A stretch of 64,000 nucleotides of DNA from an uncultured delta proteobacterium (GTDB lineage Bacteria; Desulfobacterota; Desulfobacteria; Desulfobacterales; JAHEIW01): positions 896,001 through 960,000 of the forward strand of contig CAVPNL010000006.1 in NCBI GenBank assembly GCA_963706575.1. The letters are read 5' to 3'. The notes beneath the pieces are model-generated. The model saw only the letters and a list, made by a program, of their open reading frames with translations, made no database searches and was not told where the DNA came from. Each line of letters opens with the position of its first letter. The first letter of the stretch is position 1. A program made the translations under genes and the position numbers. Shown piece by piece: positions 20,859-31,832 of the stretch.

Positions 20859-22943
20859 GTGATCATTATGAGTAACCATGAAATCCAGGAAAAGGATGAG
20901 GGCATTGAAATCGCAAGACGGATGGCCGAAGAAGAAGAGGGCGTTGGGCGAAGACCCCATGGCCTTGCAAAATATGTGGTTCCCACCATCGCCGTTGTCT
21001 GGTGTTTTTTTCAGTTGTCGATTGCCAGCTGGCTGATCCTCGATTCAACCTTCATCCGTGCCATCCATCTCGGTTTTGCCCTGTTAATTGTCTTTTTAAA
21101 TTATCCCCTTTTCAAGAAAACGCGCTTCGGCCTGAAGTATTTTTCTGCTAAAGGCAGAATTCCCATCCTTGATTATCTTATTGGAATCATTGCCGCTTTA
21201 GCGGCGATTTATATTGTCATCGACTATGCCGGGCTGACCACTCGCTACGGAGCCCCGATTACCCGGGACATCGTCATCGGGTTTATCCTGATTGTCTTGC
21301 TGCTAGAAGCCACACGCCGCGTTATCGGGCCGGCCCTTCCGGCCATTGCAACGCTGTTTCTGGTCTATTCGTTTTTAGGCCCCTACATGCCCGATTTAAT
21401 TGCCTTTAAAGGGACTTCGCTCAACCGGTTGATGGGACAGATGACCATGTCGACCGAAGGGATTTACGGCATTCCGCTGGATGTTTCGGCAACCATTGTG
21501 TTTCTTTTCGTCCTGTTCGGCTCCATGCTGGATAAGGCCGGTGCCGGCCAATATTTCATCAAACTGGCGCTGGCCCTGCTGGGGGGATTTAAAGGCGGTC
21601 CGGCCAAGGCCGCGGTCATGGGCAGCGGTCTGACCGGTCTGGTGTCCGGCTCCAGCATTGCCAATATCGTCACCACCGGCACCTTCACCATACCGCTGAT
21701 GAAAAAAGTCGGCTATCCGGCCACCAAAGCAGCCGCCGTGGAGGTGGCCGCCAGCACCGACGGCCAGTTGGCCCCGCCGATTATGGGGGCGGCGGCCTTT
21801 ATTATCGCCGAATACGTTAACGTACCTTACATCGATGTGATCAAAGCCGCAGCCATCCCGGCTTTTGCTTCCTACGCCGCGCTGTTTTTTATTACCCATA
21901 TTGAAGCATCCAAACTGGGACTCAGGGGCATGGCGCGGGCCGAGCTGCCGCCTTTTTTTAAAACGTTATTGAGTGGCGCCCATTTTCTCATACCGCTTCT
22001 GCTGCTTATGTATGAGCTGATTGTCGTGCGGCACTCCCCGGAGCTGGCTGCCTTTCATGCCATCTGGGCCATGGCGGCTGTAATGTTCTTGCAGAATCCG
22101 GTTAAGGCATACCTGAACAAGGAACCGCTGGGGCCGGCATTTAAAAAGAGTGTTATCGACATCTTTTCGGCTCTGGCGGCCGGCGGGCGCAACATGGTCT
22201 CGGTGGCCCTGGCCACGGCCGCCGCCGGGATTATTGTCGGAGTGGTGGCCCTGGGGCTGGGTCAGCTGATCACCCAGATTATCGATACGCTTTCAGGCGG
22301 CAACATTTTTCTGATGCTGGTCATTACGGCTGTGGCCAGTTTGGTTATCGGGATGGGGCTGCCCACCACGGCCACTTATATTGTGATGGCATCCCTGACA
22401 GCCCCGGCGATTGTCACCATCGGCGGGCTGCAGGGTTTTATCGTGCCGTTGATGGCCGCGCATCTTTTCTGCTTTTATTTCGGTATTCTGGCAGATGATA
22501 CGCCGCCGGTGGGGCTGGCGGCCTATGCGGCCGCGGCAATTGCCAAGTCACCGCCGATTCCGACCGGGCTGCAGGGATTTATGTATGACATTCGGACGGC
22601 CATCCTGCCGTTCATGTTCATTTTCAATTCCGACCTGATCCTGCACAACATCAGCAGCTGGCCCCAGGCGTTGCTAATTTTTGCAATGGCCTGTGTCGGA
22701 AACTTCGCTTTTGCTTCGGCAACCCAGGGATGGTTCGTGGCCAAAAACAGATTTTATGAAATTCCACTGTTTTTATGCGTCACGTTATCATTGATGCGCC
22801 CGGATTTAATTGCCCGCTGGATTGGGATTCCGCATGGCCAGCGGTATTGGACCTATTTGATCGGTTTGGGTATTTACGGCCTGCTTTACCTGATGCAGCG
22901 ACCGCGAACGCCTAAACCCGTTGCCGAACCGGTTACTACATAA
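20859..22943 (+). CDS. TRAP transporter fused 4TM/12TM permease
   Basis: GGPAKAAV, SGSSIANIVTTGTFTIP, PPIMGAAAF, GMGLPTTATY, DDTPPVGLAA. Confidence 0.92.
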   Translation: MIIMSNHEIQEKDEGIEIARRMAEEEEGVGRRPHGLAKYVVPTIAVVWCFFQLSIASWLILDSTFIRAIHLGFALLIVFLNYPLFKKTRFGLKYFSAKGRIPILDYLIGIIAALAAIYIVIDYAGLTTRYGAPITRDIVIGFILIVLLLEATRRVIGPALPAIATLFLVYSFLGPYMPDLIAFKGTSLNRLMGQMTMSTEGIYGIPLDVSATIVFLFVLFGSMLDKAGAGQYFIKLALALLGGFKGGPAKAAVMGSGLTGLVSGSSIANIVTTGTFTIPLMKKVGYPATKAAAVEVAASTDGQLAPPIMGAAAFIIAEYVNVPYIDVIKAAAIPAFASYAALFFITHIEASKLGLRGMARAELPPFFKTLLSGAHFLIPLLLLMYELIVVRHSPELAAFHAIWAMAAVMFLQNPVKAYLNKEPLGPAFKKSVIDIFSALAAGGRNMVSVALATAAAGIIVGVVALGLGQLITQIIDTLSGGNIFLMLVITAVASLVIGMGLPTTATYIVMASLTAPAIVTIGGLQGFIVPLMAAHLFCFYFGILADDTPPVGLAAYAAAAIAKSPPIPTGLQGFMYDIRTAILPFMFIFNSDLILHNISSWPQALLIFAMACVGNFAFASATQGWFVAKNRFYEIPLFLCVTLSLMRPDLIARWIGIPHGQRYWTYLIGLGIYGLLYLMQRPRTPKPVAEPVTT

Positions 22944-22999
22944 AACAGAGCTTTTTATATGAATAAGTCAAACCACTCGATCGGCAAAGCACAAAGGAA

Positions 23000-23500
23000 A
23001 TGATTATGGGTGCTGCAAAAAAAATTCTGGTGGCGGTTGGATCTAGCCAGTACAATGAAGACCTGCTAAAATATGCGGCAGGTATAGCTAAATCCATGAA
23101 CGCTGAATTAATCATTGCCAGCATTATCAATAAGCGAGATATTGATGCCGTGGCAACCATTGCGGCCATGGGTTATGAGGTCGACGGCGAAAATTATGTG
23201 GCGGGCTTAAAAGAAGAGCGGCAACAGGAACTCGATCTTATTCTAAAAAAAGTCGGGCAGTCGCCTGAAAAGATCAGGACGGTCTTTAAAACCGGCAACC
23301 CCAGCGATGAATTGCTGAAAATTGCCGTCAAAGAAAATGTCGATTTAATTATTATGGGCATAAAGGGCCGTACGGACCTGGAATATTTTTTTGTCGGATC
23401 TGTTGCGGAAAAAGTTTTCCGCCGCTCCCCGATTCCGATATTGTCTTACCGGGATGAAGCGACTGCTGAACGTCTGAAAAAACATATCGATTTGTCATAA
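23000..23500 (+). CDS. Universal stress protein (UspA)
   Basis: KILVAV, GNPSDELL, DLIIMG, GSVAEKVFRRSPIPIL. Commonly found next to TAXI-TRAP loci. Confidence 0.88.
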   Translation: MIMGAAKKILVAVGSSQYNEDLLKYAAGIAKSMNAELIIASIINKRDIDAVATIAAMGYEVDGENYVAGLKEERQQELDLILKKVGQSPEKIRTVFKTGNPSDELLKIAVKENVDLIIMGIKGRTDLEYFFVGSVAEKVFRRSPIPILSYRDEATAERLKKHIDLS

Positions 23501-23532
23501 TTTCGGGCCGCCACCCTGGAAGGAAGGAGGGC

Positions 23533-24027
23533 ATGATGTTCAGGTACCTTTCTGCAACACTCATTATCCTGGTCGCCGGGATCTTGATTGGTTTGGCCCC
23601 GGTAATGGCCGCTGATCGTTTTACGGATAATGGCGACGGAACCGTTACGGACCAAAAACTGGGTCTGATGTGGTCGCAAACGGACAATCAGGGCGATATC
23701 AACTGGATACAGGCCGAGAAGTGGGTGCTGTTTACGTTTCCCGACACGCTTACAAAGCGATATGAAGACTGGCGACTGCCCACCCTGGCGGAGCTTCAAA
23801 GTATACTCGTGGAAAACAAAAATGCGAAAGGATACGAAACGGACTGCGGCCAGTGGGTAAAGACGGTACCGCAAATACAATTGAGCTGCGGCTGGGTTTG
23901 GACCTCGGAGACCGACCCGATCGCCCCAACCGCGCGGATTTTTAATTTTGACAACGTTTATCACTATACCGTGCGCAAAGCGCATAAACGCGGTTACCGC
24001 GCACTGCCGGTCAGGAATTTAAAGTAG
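23533..24027 (+). CDS. Secreted DUF1566 (Lcl C-terminal-like) domain protein
   Basis: Signal peptide, RFTDNGDGTVTDQKLGLMW, DWRLPTLAEL, WVWTS. Confidence 0.82.
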   Translation: MMFRYLSATLIILVAGILIGLAPVMAADRFTDNGDGTVTDQKLGLMWSQTDNQGDINWIQAEKWVLFTFPDTLTKRYEDWRLPTLAELQSILVENKNAKGYETDCGQWVKTVPQIQLSCGWVWTSETDPIAPTARIFNFDNVYHYTVRKAHKRGYRALPVRNLK

Positions 24028-24125
24028 CATGGGGCAAGGGGCATGGCGCATAGGGTAGATCCTCAATCAATTATGGAATTTCCTGATCGTTTAGCGCTAT
24101 GCCCCATGCCCCATGCGCTATGCCA
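24027..24125. repeat. 7-nt-period inverted repeat between convergent genes
   Basis: gcatggggcaaggggcatggcgcatag ... gcgctatgccccatgccccatgcgctatgc. Confidence 0.7.
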
Positions 24126-24126
24126 T

Positions 24127-25887
24127 CTACTTTTGCGTGACGCGCAGTACCTCTTCAATCGTGGTCAGGCCGTTTAATACCTTCTGCATGCCGTCCTGCC
24201 GTAGCGTTCTCATTTTTTGCTGCACGGCTTCATTTTTTATGCGGTTTGAGTCAAACGTTTTGAGAATGAGGCTTTTTAAGTGCTCGGTCAGCACCATGAT
24301 TTCGAATATGCCTAACCGCCCTCTATATCCGGTGTTGAAACAATTTTCACATCCCACCGCTTTGTAGACCGTATGCTCCTTAAAACGATTCGGCGAAAAC
24401 CCGATGCTTTTGAGATAGATCGGGTTTGGGATATAGGCTTTTCTGCAAGCTTCACAAAGCACGCGCACCAGTCGCTGGGCCACCACCGCCAAAATAGATG
24501 ATGAAATTAAAAACGGCTCTACCCCCATATCCACCAGACGCGTAATTGCGCTGGCAGAATCGTTGGTATGAAGGGTGGAGAACACCAGATGACCGGTCAG
24601 GGCGGATTGAACGGCAATTTCGGCGGTTTCCTTGTCGCGAATTTCGCCGACCAGGATGACGTCCGGATCCTGACGGACAATCGATCTGAGGCCGCGGGCA
24701 AATGTCAGCTCGATTTTGGGATTCACCTGAATCTGACTGATGCCGTTGATTCGGTATTCGATGGGGTCTTCGATGGTAATAATGTTGATGTTGGGCTCGT
24801 TGATCGACGATAATATCGCATACAGTGTTGTAGTTTTGCCGCTGCCCGTAGGCCCGGTATTGAGGATAATCCCATTGGGGTTGGAAACCAGCCTTTTCAA
24901 CAATTTCAGTCTGGTGGGGGTCAGGCCCAGGTCCTGCAGCTCAAGCAGTGAGCCGGATTTATTGAGCAGCCGCAAAACCAGCCGTTCACCAAATGCCGTC
25001 GGGATGGTGGAAACTCTCACATCGATATCCTGATCGCCGATCTTAACCTCAAAGCGCCCGTCCTGGGGCAAACGTTTTTCAGCAATATTCATTTTTGCCA
25101 TGACTTTGACTCTGGAGATCAAAGCCGGTTGGATCCATTTCGGGGGTGTCAGCAGGTCATAGAGAATACCGTCCACCCGGTAACGGACCGTAAAGCTGTT
25201 CTGGTAGGGTTCAAAATGAATATCGCTGGCGCGCGCCTTGATGGACTGGGATATGATGTGATTGACCAATTTGATAATCGGGGCGTCGCTGGTGTCATCC
25301 AGCAAGTCGGCGGTTTCTTCTATTTCACTGATAATGTTGCTGCCGTTTTCTTCCATGTCCTGGACCAGCTGTTCGGCCGAATCCCGCCTTAAATCATATT
25401 GCAGGTTGATGGCTGAAACGATGGCTTCCCGGGTGGACAGTACCGTACGATAATTGTCGATGCCGATGGTCTTTACGAGATCATCCAGGGGCTGAAAGTT
25501 CAGCGGATCGTTTATGGCAATAATGCACCCCGGTGCAAATTGCGTTGTCTCAGTTTGAGGATCATTCTGGGGCGTCAGGCCGCAATCTTTGGCTGAGATC
25601 GGCTGGCTGTATTCCAGGGGGACGATATTATATTTTTTCAAAAACTGAATGGAGACTTTATCAGTGAAATCCGATTCGGTGTTGTCAAATGGCAGTTTTG
25701 GCCAGAAGGGCATTCCGTATTGGACGCTTAGCGCCTCCAACAATTGGTCTTCAGACAGGTTTTTTTGATCAATTAGAATTTGACCGATAGGGTTCCCGGT
25801 CTCGCTGCGCACGCGTTGGGCTTCGGCCAGATGGTCTTCGTTGAGACCGAATTTGTCTTTCAATATGTCTGTCAAACGATGAATCAT
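24127..25887 (-). CDS. gspE: Type II secretion ATPase GspE
   Basis: ASDIHFEP, EKRLPQDGR, GPTGSGKTTT, RQDPDVILVGEIRD, STLHTND, tetracysteine motif. Confidence 0.95.
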   Translation of the reverse strand: MIHRLTDILKDKFGLNEDHLAEAQRVRSETGNPIGQILIDQKNLSEDQLLEALSVQYGMPFWPKLPFDNTESDFTDKVSIQFLKKYNIVPLEYSQPISAKDCGLTPQNDPQTETTQFAPGCIIAINDPLNFQPLDDLVKTIGIDNYRTVLSTREAIVSAINLQYDLRRDSAEQLVQDMEENGSNIISEIEETADLLDDTSDAPIIKLVNHIISQSIKARASDIHFEPYQNSFTVRYRVDGILYDLLTPPKWIQPALISRVKVMAKMNIAEKRLPQDGRFEVKIGDQDIDVRVSTIPTAFGERLVLRLLNKSGSLLELQDLGLTPTRLKLLKRLVSNPNGIILNTGPTGSGKTTTLYAILSSINEPNINIITIEDPIEYRINGISQIQVNPKIELTFARGLRSIVRQDPDVILVGEIRDKETAEIAVQSALTGHLVFSTLHTNDSASAITRLVDMGVEPFLISSSILAVVAQRLVRVLCEACRKAYIPNPIYLKSIGFSPNRFKEHTVYKAVGCENCFNTGYRGRLGIFEIMVLTEHLKSLILKTFDSNRIKNEAVQQKMRTLRQDGMQKVLNGLTTIEEVLRVTQK

Positions 25888-25908
25888 AATGGGTAATTGA
25901 TAATGGAT

Positions 25909-27891
25909 TTAATCCGTCTGCGGTTCATCTTGTTTATATAGTTTTATTGCGCCTTCTTTGACGGTGCCCATCTGGCCTTGCTTATTTTTTAAAATTTCCT
26001 GGGCCTCCAGCGGGCTTTTGATGACGCGCGGGGTCAGGAAAATATAGAGATTGGTTTTTTGGTTGGTTTCGGTTCGTTTGCGAAACAGCCATCCCAATAC
26101 GGGAATGTCGCCCAGAACGGGAACTTTGGTGTCATTGCGCGTGCTGGAGTCATCAATCAGACCGCCGATCACCACTGTCTGGCTGTCTTTGACGATAACG
26201 GTGGTATCCACCGTGCGCTTCTGGGTTACCGGAAGGGTGGATGCGGTGGTCAGGGTCGAGGCCAGGTCGATGTTGGTCACCTCCAGGGAAATTTTCATGC
26301 GTATCAGGCGGCCTTCGGTCACGTGCGGGGTGATTTTTAAGATTTTACCGACATCCCGGTATTCAAAGGACTCAAATGTTCCTCCCGAAGTATCGGTGGT
26401 GGCTCGGGTCTGATAGGGCCGGTTTTCGCCCACTGTAATCCGGGCTTCCTCGTTATCGGTGGTTAAAATCTGGGGCGTGGATAAAATGCGAAATTCATCA
26501 TCGGTTTTGACGGCCTTTATGATCGCGGAGATGTTAGAAACCGTTATTCCGGCGATTTCGGTCGTGCCGTGGAGCAAGCCAGCCGCAAACCCCCCTGCAA
26601 ACGGATTTCTGGGAAGTCCGCTGCCCGGATCCAAACTCGGCTGGATGGAATCGCTAAAAGCTGCACCTACGTTTGTACCTCCTGTCTCCCCAAACGCCTG
26701 CCAGTCGATACCGATCTCCAGGCTGGTGTCCATGTTCACCTCCATGATAAGCGATTCGATAAAAACCATGGAGCGCGGGATATCCAGTTTTTTGATGACC
26801 TCTCGCAGGACGATGTAGTCTTCCTGATCGGCCATAATGATGAGGCTGTTGGTGGCTTTGTCAGCAGATATTTTAACCTTGCCGGAGACTGCCGCTGCAG
26901 CGGCTTTGCCCTTGGGGGCACCCGCCTGCTGGGTGGGCACTTCCTGCAGCACTTTGGCCAGTTCTTCGGCGGTTGCGTTTTCACAATAGTAAACATGGAT
27001 TTTCCCCTTGCCCCGGGGGGCTTCCTTGTCAATCATGGCAATCAGTTGCTTGATCCGGAGGGTGTCCACTTCATTTGCCAGCAGGACAATGATGTTGGTG
27101 CGCTCGTCAGCCACCATGGTGACTGCTTTTTCCGGGGCACCTTTAACCGGCTTTCTGGTCGGCTTAAATACCGTGCTTAACAGGCTCACCATTTTGGTAG
27201 AATCCGCATATTCGATCGGAATGACCGAAATTTCCTGGCCGATGCCGGGCACATCGATTTGTTTTAGGATCTTGAACAACCGCTGGATGTTGGAATACAC
27301 ATCGGTGATAATCATCATATTGGTTGGCTGGTAGGCCAAGATGACACTGCTTTTTGAAATCATGGGGGTAAACAGTCGTTTGATCTCAACCGGGTCGGCG
27401 TATTTTAACGGTATCAGCTGGGTGACGATTTTATCCTCGGGGTCGGCCGCTTCTTCACGCAGGCGGGTTTCAATGCTTTTTGAGCGCGCATCCGGTGAAG
27501 GCACAATTTTAACGATCTCGCCGGATTGCACCGTGGTGTAGCCGTGAACTTCCAGCACTGACTCAAATACTTTGTAGGCCTCTTTCAGCGATATTTTTGA
27601 GGGTGATATAATCGTCACTTTGCCTTTCACCCGCTGATCGACGACAAAATTGGTTGCGGTCAGTTCGCTCATAAACTTGATAAAAACATTGATATCCACA
27701 TTGTTGAAATCAATGGATACAAACTGGTCATTGCTTTCGGGCTTTTCGGGTGTTGATTTGGCCGTCTGAGCCATGCTGGAAGCGACCCAGAATGGATGAA
27801 TGCTGACCATAATTGCCAAAGCCGCGATAATCGGTATGAAAATTAATTTAAAATTTACTTTCATTTTTTCCCAGCCATTTTTTCTATTCAA
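25909..27891 (-). CDS. gspD: Type II secretion secretin GspD
   Basis: FVVDQRVKGKVTI, LSTPQILTTDNEEA, VVIGGLI, KVPVLGDIPVLGWLF. Confidence 0.95.
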   Translation of the reverse strand: MNRKNGWEKMKVNFKLIFIPIIAALAIMVSIHPFWVASSMAQTAKSTPEKPESNDQFVSIDFNNVDINVFIKFMSELTATNFVVDQRVKGKVTIISPSKISLKEAYKVFESVLEVHGYTTVQSGEIVKIVPSPDARSKSIETRLREEAADPEDKIVTQLIPLKYADPVEIKRLFTPMISKSSVILAYQPTNMMIITDVYSNIQRLFKILKQIDVPGIGQEISVIPIEYADSTKMVSLLSTVFKPTRKPVKGAPEKAVTMVADERTNIIVLLANEVDTLRIKQLIAMIDKEAPRGKGKIHVYYCENATAEELAKVLQEVPTQQAGAPKGKAAAAAVSGKVKISADKATNSLIIMADQEDYIVLREVIKKLDIPRSMVFIESLIMEVNMDTSLEIGIDWQAFGETGGTNVGAAFSDSIQPSLDPGSGLPRNPFAGGFAAGLLHGTTEIAGITVSNISAIIKAVKTDDEFRILSTPQILTTDNEEARITVGENRPYQTRATTDTSGGTFESFEYRDVGKILKITPHVTEGRLIRMKISLEVTNIDLASTLTTASTLPVTQKRTVDTTVIVKDSQTVVIGGLIDDSSTRNDTKVPVLGDIPVLGWLFRKRTETNQKTNLYIFLTPRVIKSPLEAQEILKNKQGQMGTVKEGAIKLYKQDEPQTD

Positions 27892-28768
27892 TTTTATAAT
27901 TCAGGACCCGTTTCCGGCCGCGGCGCTTTATCTCCAGTTGGACTTCGGGAGTCGATGACAGGTCGCCAAAAATTTGCATCGCATCCTCCACCGATTCGAT
28001 GGGGGTGCCGTTGACGCCGGTAATGATGTCTCCATTGCGCAAGCGCATTTTCCTAAACATGGTGTTGGGTTTGATTGCCGTGATGGAAATTCCGGACGGT
28101 TTACCGTCTTCGATGTGCGGCCGGATGTTGGCCTGTTCCATGAGTTGATCGAGATTCTCCAGCGCATTTTCGATCTGATCACTTTTCAACGTGAGTTGAC
28201 GGGGATTAGGGGAAACCGGCAACCTGGGCGGTGAGGCCTCTTTTCTGGCAACCCGCGGACTCGATCCGCCCCCTTTTGCGGTTCCGGCTTCTTCCATCCC
28301 CAATACTTCATCGCGATCGTTTACACTCAAAACCACCTTTTGTCTTAATATCAATTTTACAGTGGCATCCTGGACGCTATCCCCGACGCGATACAGATTC
28401 TGCTGTCTGGTCTTCGTGTCTTCGATAACGGCATACGCCCGGCGCCCCTTGCCTGTTACCGTTCCCCATAACCTTAGCTTCAGATCCGTTTCTTTAAGAT
28501 TATCGACATTAATGGTCTTGGCAGGCGCTGCTACAACATCCGGGCTCGTGTTAAACAGGTTCCGTTTCGTAATGGCGCCATAGCGCGACAGCGGCGGATG
28601 ATCGTTTTGCTGTTTAAGGGTCACCTTATCCGGAAGGACCTGCGGCATTTCAACGGGGCTTAGCCAGGTCTTGCTGATGGTATAAACGGCGCTGACGCCA
28701 AGATAGACACCTGCGGTAATCAGCAGCACATTGGCGATCATAAAATATTTTTTAGCCGTCATCATCAT
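27884..28768 (-). CDS. gspC: Type II secretion protein GspC (TM-HR-PDZ), canonical copy
   Basis: N-terminal TM, RNLFN, LRLWGTV..AVIED..QNLYRVGD, PDZ LRNGDIITGVNG. Confidence 0.9.
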   Translation of the reverse strand: MMMTAKKYFMIANVLLITAGVYLGVSAVYTISKTWLSPVEMPQVLPDKVTLKQQNDHPPLSRYGAITKRNLFNTSPDVVAAPAKTINVDNLKETDLKLRLWGTVTGKGRRAYAVIEDTKTRQQNLYRVGDSVQDATVKLILRQKVVLSVNDRDEVLGMEEAGTAKGGGSSPRVARKEASPPRLPVSPNPRQLTLKSDQIENALENLDQLMEQANIRPHIEDGKPSGISITAIKPNTMFRKMRLRNGDIITGVNGTPIESVEDAMQIFGDLSSTPEVQLEIKRRGRKRVLNYKIE

Positions 28769-28811
28769 AGATTTAATCCAAAGACTGAACCCTTCTCTTT
28801 TGAAATGGGTT

Positions 28812-29675
28812 CTAGTTAAATGAATATTCGGGTGAATCCATGGTGCCGGTAATCTTAAATGGAAACCCCTGCTTATCCGAATTGCCGCCAGCGAAAAGTT
28901 GCGGAAGATTCTTTCCCAGCTTGGCCAGCAGCGCCGCTTGTGGATTTACCGTTCCGGACAAGTCCAATATTTTTCTTGCTGAACGACCGCTAAACTTAAT
29001 CGAACCCGAGATAAGGGCACCCAGCTGATTGCCTTCGATCTGACAGTGGTGAATGATCAAAGAACGGTTATTGAGCGCCAATTCAGCCTCGATTGTGTTA
29101 AAGGACAGCATGTTTTGATTCAGTACCGGGGGTGAAAATTCAATTTCCCCGTCAGTTAGAATCAGATCCCCATTTAACCCCTGATGGGGTGCTTTGGTTT
29201 TAAATGTCAGTGTGCCATCCAAATTGCCGGAAATTTTGTGGGTTGTTATGGCGCTTAATGCGTGCAGCTGTTTCACCTGTATTCCGACCAGATCCGCATC
29301 TATCGTCATCTCTCTGTTCGCAGAATTTTTGCTGATGTCCATCTGGCCTACTAAAGTACCGCCATAACCTTTACCCTTGAACGATAGATGGGTCGTTGAC
29401 AAAAATAATGATAAAATATCCGGAGATATTTTTAAGTTTTCCATCTCGGCCAGGGTCTGACCAAGATGGTATACGCTAACGTCATAAAGCTTTAAACCCG
29501 GTGGAAAACCCGGTTTTACCCGACCGATTTCTACCGCAAGGCCCGGGTGAACCTGGCGGACCTGATCCGCCAGATATTCTTTTACCGTGCCGGACGGAAA
29601 AAGAATATAAAAAAAGAGCAGAGCCGCACAAATTATGTAAATGACCCAAAAGATCTTAGCTTTAAAAACTTGCAT
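28812..29675 (-). CDS. gspN: Type II secretion protein GspN
   Basis: N-terminal TM ending YILFP, beta-rich body, position between gspM and gspC. Confidence 0.75.
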   Translation of the reverse strand: MQVFKAKIFWVIYIICAALLFFYILFPSGTVKEYLADQVRQVHPGLAVEIGRVKPGFPPGLKLYDVSVYHLGQTLAEMENLKISPDILSLFLSTTHLSFKGKGYGGTLVGQMDISKNSANREMTIDADLVGIQVKQLHALSAITTHKISGNLDGTLTFKTKAPHQGLNGDLILTDGEIEFSPPVLNQNMLSFNTIEAELALNNRSLIIHHCQIEGNQLGALISGSIKFSGRSARKILDLSGTVNPQAALLAKLGKNLPQLFAGGNSDKQGFPFKITGTMDSPEYSFN

Positions 29676-30226
29676 CAGGTTTCCAGGGTTTCAACCTGCA
29701 AGATGACATTAACGAGACCCTCGTTTTTATCTTTTTTTGAGATCGAAAGCTTTTTTACGATGACCATGTTTTTTGATGTTTCGATACCGTACAGATAGCT
29801 GGTGAGCTGCTCCAGCGTGACGGCATCTATTTTCATTTCAACCCGTGAAAGCCTGTAGTTGCTGTTTTTCTGGACCGTATTTGAAGGCTTCATATAACTG
29901 ATGCGGTCCTTGATGCCGGCCTGACCGGCGAGCTGATCCATAAAGGAAAAAAGCGTAAATCCTTTTTCTCTTTTGCCGATGCTGATTTGTGACCGCTGCA
30001 ATTTTTCTTTCAGGGCACTGTGTTCTGCTTGAAGGCGGCGCATCTCTGCAAGCTCTGATTTTTTGGTCTGCAAGTTTCGCTGCATCTGGTTTTTATTTTC
30101 AACAAAAGGCGTGATGACAAACTGGACGATGATCAGTAATCCTAAGAGACAGCCAGCCCCGTAAATTATATATTTTTCGCGCCGATTGAGCTTTTTCAGA
30201 TTTAAATATTTTTTTATAAATTCCAT
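29675..30226 (-). CDS. gspM: Type II secretion protein GspM
   Basis: LNRREK before a TM, coiled coil, C-terminal ferredoxin-like segment, synteny. Confidence 0.8.
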   Translation of the reverse strand: MEFIKKYLNLKKLNRREKYIIYGAGCLLGLLIIVQFVITPFVENKNQMQRNLQTKKSELAEMRRLQAEHSALKEKLQRSQISIGKREKGFTLFSFMDQLAGQAGIKDRISYMKPSNTVQKNSNYRLSRVEMKIDAVTLEQLTSYLYGIETSKNMVIVKKLSISKKDKNEGLVNVILQVETLET

Positions 30227-30248
30227 ATTAAGTGTCTGTGCAAACGTA

Positions 30249-31700
30249 TTATAATTCCACCTTCAATATGAAACGCACCTCATTCCCCGAGCGATCGATG
30301 TTGGACGAGCTAATGGTGACTTTCTCAAATTGCGGGATCTGTTCCAGTCGACTTTTAATGCCGTCCACCGAGTTGTAGGTGTCGGTTGTACCGGAGATTA
30401 CCACATTATCCGGTTGAATGACCAGCCGGGTCAGGTTAACCGTGATGCTTTCAGGAATTTTCTCGCTGATGCTGTTTAAAATATCAATGCTGCGGATATG
30501 AGGCCCGGCTTCGGCTTCAAAGGTCGCAGTTTTTTTCGTTTCCCGGATCTTGGCCTGCATTTCCTGATATGGATATCGAATCGTCTTAACCGCCGGAAAT
30601 GTCGACTTAAACACTTGAGCCATCTGGCTGTTGATACGGCTGATGTGTTTATTTAATGTATACGATTCCATTATCAGGGTAAAAAAGAATAGCACCAGTA
30701 CAGCTGCTGCCAGGATGCCGGTTTTTATTAAGGGGCCTTTATGTTTGGATATAAATTTCTGGGCGGCAAACTGGCCCTTGTGGAAATTAAGGCCATCGTA
30801 ACCTTCGACTTCCATCAAGGCGAGCGCCAGGGCATTGTCCATTTTGGCCGGAATCCACGGGTTTTCCACCTTACTTTCCATTGGAATGTTCAGACGGTCT
30901 GCAATTGAGGCTGTCTTAACCGGGAGATCGAGTGCCCTGGATAGTTGCGGGATGATATCCGTTTCATCCAGCCCGATTCCATTGGCAAGCACTTCAATAG
31001 GTTCAAAATTCAATTCCGATGATTCCAAAAAGGCCGCCAGCGTTTGCTGGATTTGAGCGCAGAGCTGTGGCGCTTTAGAGGAGCCGGCGGGCGGTAATGG
31101 AAACGATCGTATCAGCTGCAGGCGGCCGCCCGCCAGGACAAAAAGGGTGCCGTAGGTATCATCAATTTCGATAAAAAGCTGGTCTTCTTCCGGATCGGCC
31201 TGGTTGGCCAGACACAGGGCAGTGGGCAACCCGCTGAGTGTCAGTTTTTCAGGGTCGGCTTGAATGGATGCCAGGGCATCCATATAGGGTGACAATTTGC
31301 TTTTTTCAATCGCCGCTGCGATGAGTTCAGTCTGCTCACCGGCCGTGGAGCTATCTAAGGTGTGAAAATCTATAACCAGATCTTCGGCGGCATAGGGCAG
31401 AGTGGTTTCGAGTTCAAAGGGCAGAACCATACGGATTTTTTTGGAATTGCTGAATGGGATCCGCAGGTTTCGGAAGATCGCCTGATTGGCGGGGATGGAA
31501 ACCACATAGTCACTACCGGTTAAGTCCATTTCTTCCGCCATGGTTTGCAGCGCGGACGACAGGCTTCTTTCCGGGTCTTCGGGACCGGAAAAGGGCAGGT
31601 GGATAAAATCTTCCACGCGGTGTTCCCGCAGGCTGCTGTGTAAAAGCACTGCCGTTACCGTTTCATTTCGGATATCGATGCCGAGGACTTTTCTACTCAT
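30249..31700 (-). CDS. gspL: Type II secretion protein GspL (PilM/PilN-like)
   Basis: VLGIDI actin-like start, LPFELE, TM, PilN-like C-terminus. Confidence 0.85.
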   Translation of the reverse strand: MSRKVLGIDIRNETVTAVLLHSSLREHRVEDFIHLPFSGPEDPERSLSSALQTMAEEMDLTGSDYVVSIPANQAIFRNLRIPFSNSKKIRMVLPFELETTLPYAAEDLVIDFHTLDSSTAGEQTELIAAAIEKSKLSPYMDALASIQADPEKLTLSGLPTALCLANQADPEEDQLFIEIDDTYGTLFVLAGGRLQLIRSFPLPPAGSSKAPQLCAQIQQTLAAFLESSELNFEPIEVLANGIGLDETDIIPQLSRALDLPVKTASIADRLNIPMESKVENPWIPAKMDNALALALMEVEGYDGLNFHKGQFAAQKFISKHKGPLIKTGILAAAVLVLFFFTLIMESYTLNKHISRINSQMAQVFKSTFPAVKTIRYPYQEMQAKIRETKKTATFEAEAGPHIRSIDILNSISEKIPESITVNLTRLVIQPDNVVISGTTDTYNSVDGIKSRLEQIPQFEKVTISSSNIDRSGNEVRFILKVEL

Positions 31701-31832
31701 TAGCCATCTATTTTTTAAGTTAAAAATTTATTAGATGAAACAGTGAATAAGTTCTACCACGAAAGCACGAAAATTCGAAAACACGAGATTGATAGTTTTC
31801 GTGCTTGTTTCTAGTTGCCTTGGTTCTGATTC